Origin: the human T2T-CHM13v2.0 reference genome, Homo sapiens | Reading direction: 5' to 3' (one strand) | DNA: 64,000 bases | Assembly: GCF_009914755.1 (NCBI RefSeq) | Contig: NC_060935.1 | Shown here: one piece after another, positions 54,244 to 64,000 of the stretch | Layout of the letters: each line of letters opens with the position of its first letter | Numbering within the stretch: the first letter of the stretch is position 1 | Translations under genes and position numbers: made by a program | Notes under the pieces: model-generated | What the model saw: the letters and a program-made list of their open reading frames with translations, nothing else | What the model was told of the DNA's origin: nothing | Database searches by the model: none

Positions 54244-54641
54244 TCACGTGATAGATACCTGCATTCAGTTTTTTATCTGAAACATGCTCTATAAAAAGTT
54301 TAATGAACATTGTTAAAAGCATTCAGTTTGCATACATGCAAATACTATAAATTATTACTGGTTAATGGAACTGTTGAAAGAAACAGAAGACAATAAATAT
54401 GAACTTATGTTCTTTGCCAATGCTCATTAGTTGAATCTGGAAGGGTTTTAGAAACATTTACTACATTGTTATCTTCAAGGCTTTGTTAAAACAAAAGAAA
54501 TGCTTGCCAAATATTCAAATAATCAAAGATTAAAAAATGGCAAAAAACTTTTGTTTTCGTACTTACGTCACACTGCACATGAACAAGATGTGTGTGTGTG
54601 TGTGTGTGTGTGTATTTGCCAAATATATATACACACACAGC

Positions 54642-58610
<3,969 letters not shown>

Positions 58611-59987
58611 AGAAGAGCAATGAAGATCAGGAGAACTTAAAACTATGTCACTCAAAAAATAAAAATGTTTATACTGGTGATAAGATATAGGGGAAATAAC
58701 AGCAACTGTAAAGAATTTGAAAATCCATCATCTGTAATAGGAATTAGACTCATTCTATATGGCTCCACACCATAGAAATAGCATCAATAAAGTAGACATT
58801 ACAGGGTAGTATATTGTGACAAACTTTTAAAATAACTACCCTAAAGATTTAATTTGCAAAACTGGCATTTTCGTAGTACTATTTAAGAGTACAGGTAAGA
58901 AATGTGAGTTTTAAAAAACAAAACAAAACAAAAACCTGCCTGGTACTCAGAACTGCCCAGGGGCAGGATAAAATGCCTCAAGTTCTCTCTCACTAAAAGC
59001 ATTCAGATTGGCTATCTGACCAATTGATGGAATATTATAGAGGAGATTCAGGCATCTGAGATATTTGGACCAAATCATCTCTCCAATTCCTTCTAATCTT
59101 TGGATGCTTTGTTTACAACTTAATTTATATCTAGTGAAAATAAAATTGTATTCCTCCCTAAGGGAAGGCTCTGGGAACAAGAAAAACTACCTTGGATTTC
59201 TGAAGTTTATGCAAGCCTTAGGATTTTTTTTTCTCTGCTCTCATCAAAACTATAGAAAAGTCCTTGCTTTACATATAGATTATTTATACATAAATATACA
59301 GTATATGACTGCCAGGAAGGCCCACAAACAGTAGGAGCATTTCTTTTTTACTTTAGCCACAGCAAGAATGGTTAGCCAGGCTATTCAATATGACAGCTGA
59401 GAAAAGCACATAGAAGGTAAATCAAATAGACTTAAAAAAAAAAAAAAGCAGTATTAAAACACAAGAGACTTCACTTTTAATGGTACAACAACCAAAAACA
59501 TGATTTACGGAATACAGAAACTGGCTGTGTCTAGTGTGAATACACAAAGATCAACAGGCTGAAATAGAATTTATTTCCTATGTTAAACTAAGTTTGGTTA
59601 TATCAGATTAATAGAGGTTTTAATGGAAATATGTAAAACAACACTTGGTTCATTTCTTCTTCTCCTATAATTAAAGCACGAGTTCCAATTTGTGACGGTA
59701 CTGGGAGTCCAGTGAGAGAAGTGCATCCTAGAATTCAACTAAAATAATATCACAAATACAGAATCTGGGGTACCACTGATGGCCCTACTTGTCAATACAA
59801 TGCAGAGAAGGAATGCAAAATAGGCAAAAAAACAAGAAGGCAACTCTTTTGCCCCTATGGCACAATTTACTTACTTTTCATCCTCCTTTCTCACACATTA
59901 TAGGCATTTCTACTTTAAAATAATATTTACTTTTATAAACAATATTTAGTTTCCAAAATATAAAAGCACTGCCTTGGAGACACATAC

Positions 59988-60179
59988 CTAGAAGCTGTTT
60001 CTGGAGCACTTCTAGTACCAGTCTGATCTTTGTAAAAACTTCAGATGGTGATGGATATTCCAAGTTAGTCATTATAGATTCAAAACGAATAATAACTATG
60101 TTAGGCTGGCTTTCTATCACAGCATGAAGGGATGGGCAAGATGCCAGCGGCCTAAGGATATACTTCAGCAGCATCTGAC
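59988..60179 (-). CDS. ZW10: ZW10 exon 7
   Basis: (G)[16 protein letters not shown]...VLQKQLL; donor gtatgt. Confidence 0.95.
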
Positions 60180-60228
60180 CTGAAAAATCATATGAACATT
60201 CATCAAAAAATCACCATAAGACACTTCT

Positions 60229-60530
<302 letters not shown>

Positions 60531-60880
60531 TCAAAAAAAAAATATGAATCTTTGAACCTAACAACCAAAATACATATACCATGACATTACACAACAACCA
60601 TTATGCGGTGCAGGTTTTACCACTGAAGTTTCCCAGATTGTCTACAGATTTTTATTTAAATTATTCAAAAACCAAAAAAAAAAATAGGAACAGTTGAAAA
60701 AAAAAAAAACCCAATCCCTTAATAAAAGGGATAATATTTAGGACAATTCTCTTTGATGAATCAAGAGGCCAGACCCTATACTAATACTCTGCAGAGAATA
60801 TTTTATCATCTTTTCTGTCTTCCCTTTAATACTGGGCCTCAGGAGATTTTGTGTAAATGAAACAAAGTAGCATGCCTTAC

Positions 60881-61033
60881 CAAATGATTTAAGCTTGCTG
60901 TGTAGTTCTCCAAGAACAGAAAATGCCAAGAGGACAGAACTGATGGGTGGCATAGGGGTCTTCTCCTCTTTGTGCGATTGTTCAGTGTATAAATGAAGTT
61001 CAGTTTGTAGGTAAGATTCCAAACTGCTGGTAT
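60881..61033 (-). CDS. ZW10: ZW10 exon 6
   Basis: (D)[15 protein letters not shown]...HSKLKSF; donor gtaagg. Confidence 0.95.
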
Positions 61034-61217
61034 CTAAGAAAAAGGAAGAAAAATATCAGCTGTCTCACCAATATGAGATGTTCCCACTTCTATTCCTCAG
61101 AGCTCATTCTCTGATATTTCCAATGCAGTTCTATTACAATATACTCCTAATGCAACCAAATATGAATTATGACATACATGTCCTTGGCATCACTTTAAAA
61201 AAGGAAATGACTTTTTG

Positions 61218-61535
<318 letters not shown>

Positions 61536-62530
61536 AATGAGGTCCTAGTTTCACAGACCTTCCTTTCTATGTTCTTTCTGCCAAACAAGTTTAACAAGTA
61601 GGGTGTGTTATAACAAATAATTCAACACACCTGCCCTCTTAACTAATATTCTACTTGAGAACAGAATCTAAAATTTTCAGGATAACTCCCTTCAAATACC
61701 TGACACACATACACATATGCACATATGTGTCTATGTACACACATATGTATATAATGAATTTGTAGGCCAAAGTGGATATAGGAAAGGGAACAGGGGGAGA
61801 AAGTTTCTCTTGAAATACACTAAATTTCAAAATCCAGTGTTGGAAAATACACCAGGTACAATAGCATGTCCTTTAAATACAGCCTCTGAAGTTTTACTCT
61901 CAGGGCAAACAACACACCAAAGAGGGCTCATACCCAGAGGTAGGCAGAAAGGCTGACAGCCAAGTAGCATAAATCAAAGCCAGGGCAGAAGTAATCCTAT
62001 TTCTTCACCTTGCAAAGCACTCCCTAGCTCATTATTTTCCCCAAGGACTGGAAAGAAATTGAGCAAGACCCCTCCTCTACCCACAAGCCTACTGATCCAT
62101 CTTCTTTCCTAAGCAAGAGAGAGAATGGCTAGAGAGCTCCTTTACACTTTCTAGCCAAGATAAACTGCTAGGATTAGGGCTGTCAGGAACGGGCACGTCC
62201 TACAAGGCAATGGAAACTTAATGTGGTCGCAAATTGCTATCATCTCCTCTAGCACACTCTCACCACATGATCCCAACTACCCTAGCATCTTTTCTCACAT
62301 TTCTAGGGAACAGGACAGCTAAGAGGGATATAAGGGAAGCAAGGTGAGGGCACTTTAGGGACCCAGATGAGTTGGTCCTAAGAAAGCATCTTGCTAACAT
62401 GAGTGCTCAATACAGACATGGAAGATTATGAATGAACCCTCATCTACTAATACAAAAATGTAGAATATATTCAGACACTACACTGGTTCAGGCAGATGAA
62501 GCAAAGCAGTCCACCTGAGGTCAGCAGCAC

Positions 62531-62690
62531 CTTTTGATGGTGGGAACTTCCATACAATCAGCTTCTGCCACTCTTCTCCAAGGTGATAAAGTATGTTCTG
62601 TTTCTGTATTGTGAGCTCCATGCTGAGAGATTTCAATATTTTTAAATCAAAGCATTTTCTGGATTTTAATAACTTCAAGCATTTCTGTGC
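62531..62690 (-). CDS. ZW10: ZW10 exon 5
   Basis: [17 protein letters not shown]...WKFPPSK with AG/GT boundaries. Confidence 0.95.
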
Positions 62691-62834
62691 CTGGTAACGA
62701 AATGGAATCACTGTTAAACATTCCATCTGGACTCAGGGCAATTAGAATATATTTGCATAATGATAAAAAATACAAAATTTACTGAAAACAAGAAGAGCAC
62801 TTATTGCGCATGCTTTGGGGAGAGCATTTAGTAC

Positions 62835-62912
62835 CTCTTCCAGACGCTGAGCACCAGTGACATACTTCTTCTCTGTTAATGCACAATTATATTCTTCAAT
62901 AGCAGTGGAAAA
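62835..62912 (-). CDS. ZW10: ZW10 exon 4
   Basis: [26 protein letters not shown] with AG/GT boundaries. Confidence 0.95.
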
Positions 62913-63138
62913 CTGAAAAGTTAAGTATAATATTTTATACATCCTATTATTTCAAGTCTGTTTGCTTTTAAACATTAAGAAATGCTCCCACTTTCCCTCC
63001 CCCTCCCCCCTCTAAAAAAAAAAAAAGAAAGAAAAAAAAATATGAAGACAAAAAAACCCATTATAGTCAGGAGATAGCCATTGACTAATGAGACCTTCCC
63101 ACCACCAAAACACTAAGGTTCAAGTTGAGTTTACTGAC

Positions 63139-63240
63139 CTCCTGCAACTGTTTAAGCAAACTTAGGACAACTGAGTCTCTTTCCAACTGCTGCTTTAAGT
63201 CTGTAAATTCACCGGTTGATACATGAAGATCCCGGCGGAC
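63139..63240 (-). CDS. ZW10: ZW10 exon 3
   Basis: ag|GTC CGC CGG; [34 protein letters not shown]; donor gtcagt. Confidence 0.95.
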
Positions 63241-63599
63241 CTAATTCACACATCAAAAACAAGTACTTTTAAGCTATACCATACCTAAGAAATAAAAAAT
63301 TTAAAGCAAATCAATAAGCTTTACTAGGTCAACATAATTTATGTTGAAATTTAAATGCTAGTTAAGACTGGAATAAAAATCACAGAATGTAGTAGGAAGA
63401 TACCTTAGAGGTCCAACTAGTCCAAACCCTTATCCTATTGCAAGAATACCCATTCCTCTCAACATAATATCCTCATGTCACCATCTATTCTTAATTTAAG
63501 CAGGTATCTTTCATCAGAGAGCTCACCCACCTGGATTACTAGAAAGGTATCCCCACTGCCAAGTGATAACTCATTCTAGAGTCAGACACCTCTATTAGG

Positions 63600-63897
63600 A
63601 ATTTCTTTTTTTTAATTGAAACAGGGTCTCACTCTGTTGCCCAGGCTGAAGCGCAGTGGTGCAATCTCAGCTCACTGCAGCCTCAACTTCCCTAGAATCA
63701 AGCAATCCTCCCACCTTAGCCCTGCTGAGTAGCCAGAACTACAGGCACGCACCACCACACCTGTCTAATTTTTGTATTTTTTGATAGAGATGGAGTTCTG
63801 CCATGTTGTCCAGGCTGGTCTTGAACTCCTGGACTCAAGCGATCTGCCCACCTTGGCCTCCCAAAGTGCTGAGATTGTAGGCATGAGCCACGGCACC
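63600..63897 (-). mobile_element. AluJ
   Basis: Antisense Alu. Confidence 0.9.
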
Positions 63898-64000
63898 TTG
63901 TCAGAAAGATTTAATATTGAGGCAGAATCTACCTCTCATTCTGTCCCACCTTATCAATGACTTTACATGATCAATTATTCCCTCTCTCCTAAAATCTCCA

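Noticed and set aside
61598-61635. Small inverted repeat ggtgtgtt...aacacacc
   Set aside because: 8-bp stem, expected by chance in 64 kb

Overview
Human (primate) genomic DNA, recognisable from translated exons as the TMPRSS5-ZW10 locus (11q23, from recall). Both genes are on the minus strand. The left end holds TMPRSS5 exons 1-4 (exon 1 contributes only the ATG; the gene continues out of the window to the left). The right part holds ZW10 exons 3-16 with the stop codon, 3'UTR and polyA signal (exons 1-2 lie beyond the right edge). The rest is mostly repeats. These include a full-length THE1 provirus with TSDs, MST/MLT1 LTRs, several L1s, Alus, MIR/L2/CR1 relics, and Tigger1, Tigger3, Charlie, MER5, MER20, MER81 and MADE1 DNA transposons. 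There are two processed pseudogenes, MTRF1L-like and RPS29-like. The most notable observations: (1) an apparent L1 3' transduction inside the THE1; (2) two converging L1s broken at the same ORF2 position around a half-deleted MTRF1L retrocopy, which also appears to record a cryptic splice event; (3) an alternative TMPRSS5 exon-2 donor producing an AUGA stop/start overlap; (4) a SOX-dimer/EGR/TEAD motif cluster that may be a glial enhancer; (5) a perfect DUX4 site in an MST LTR; (6) a templated insertion in MER81. I found no evidence of a wholly new coding system. Repeat subfamily names are by eye, not from RepeatMasker.
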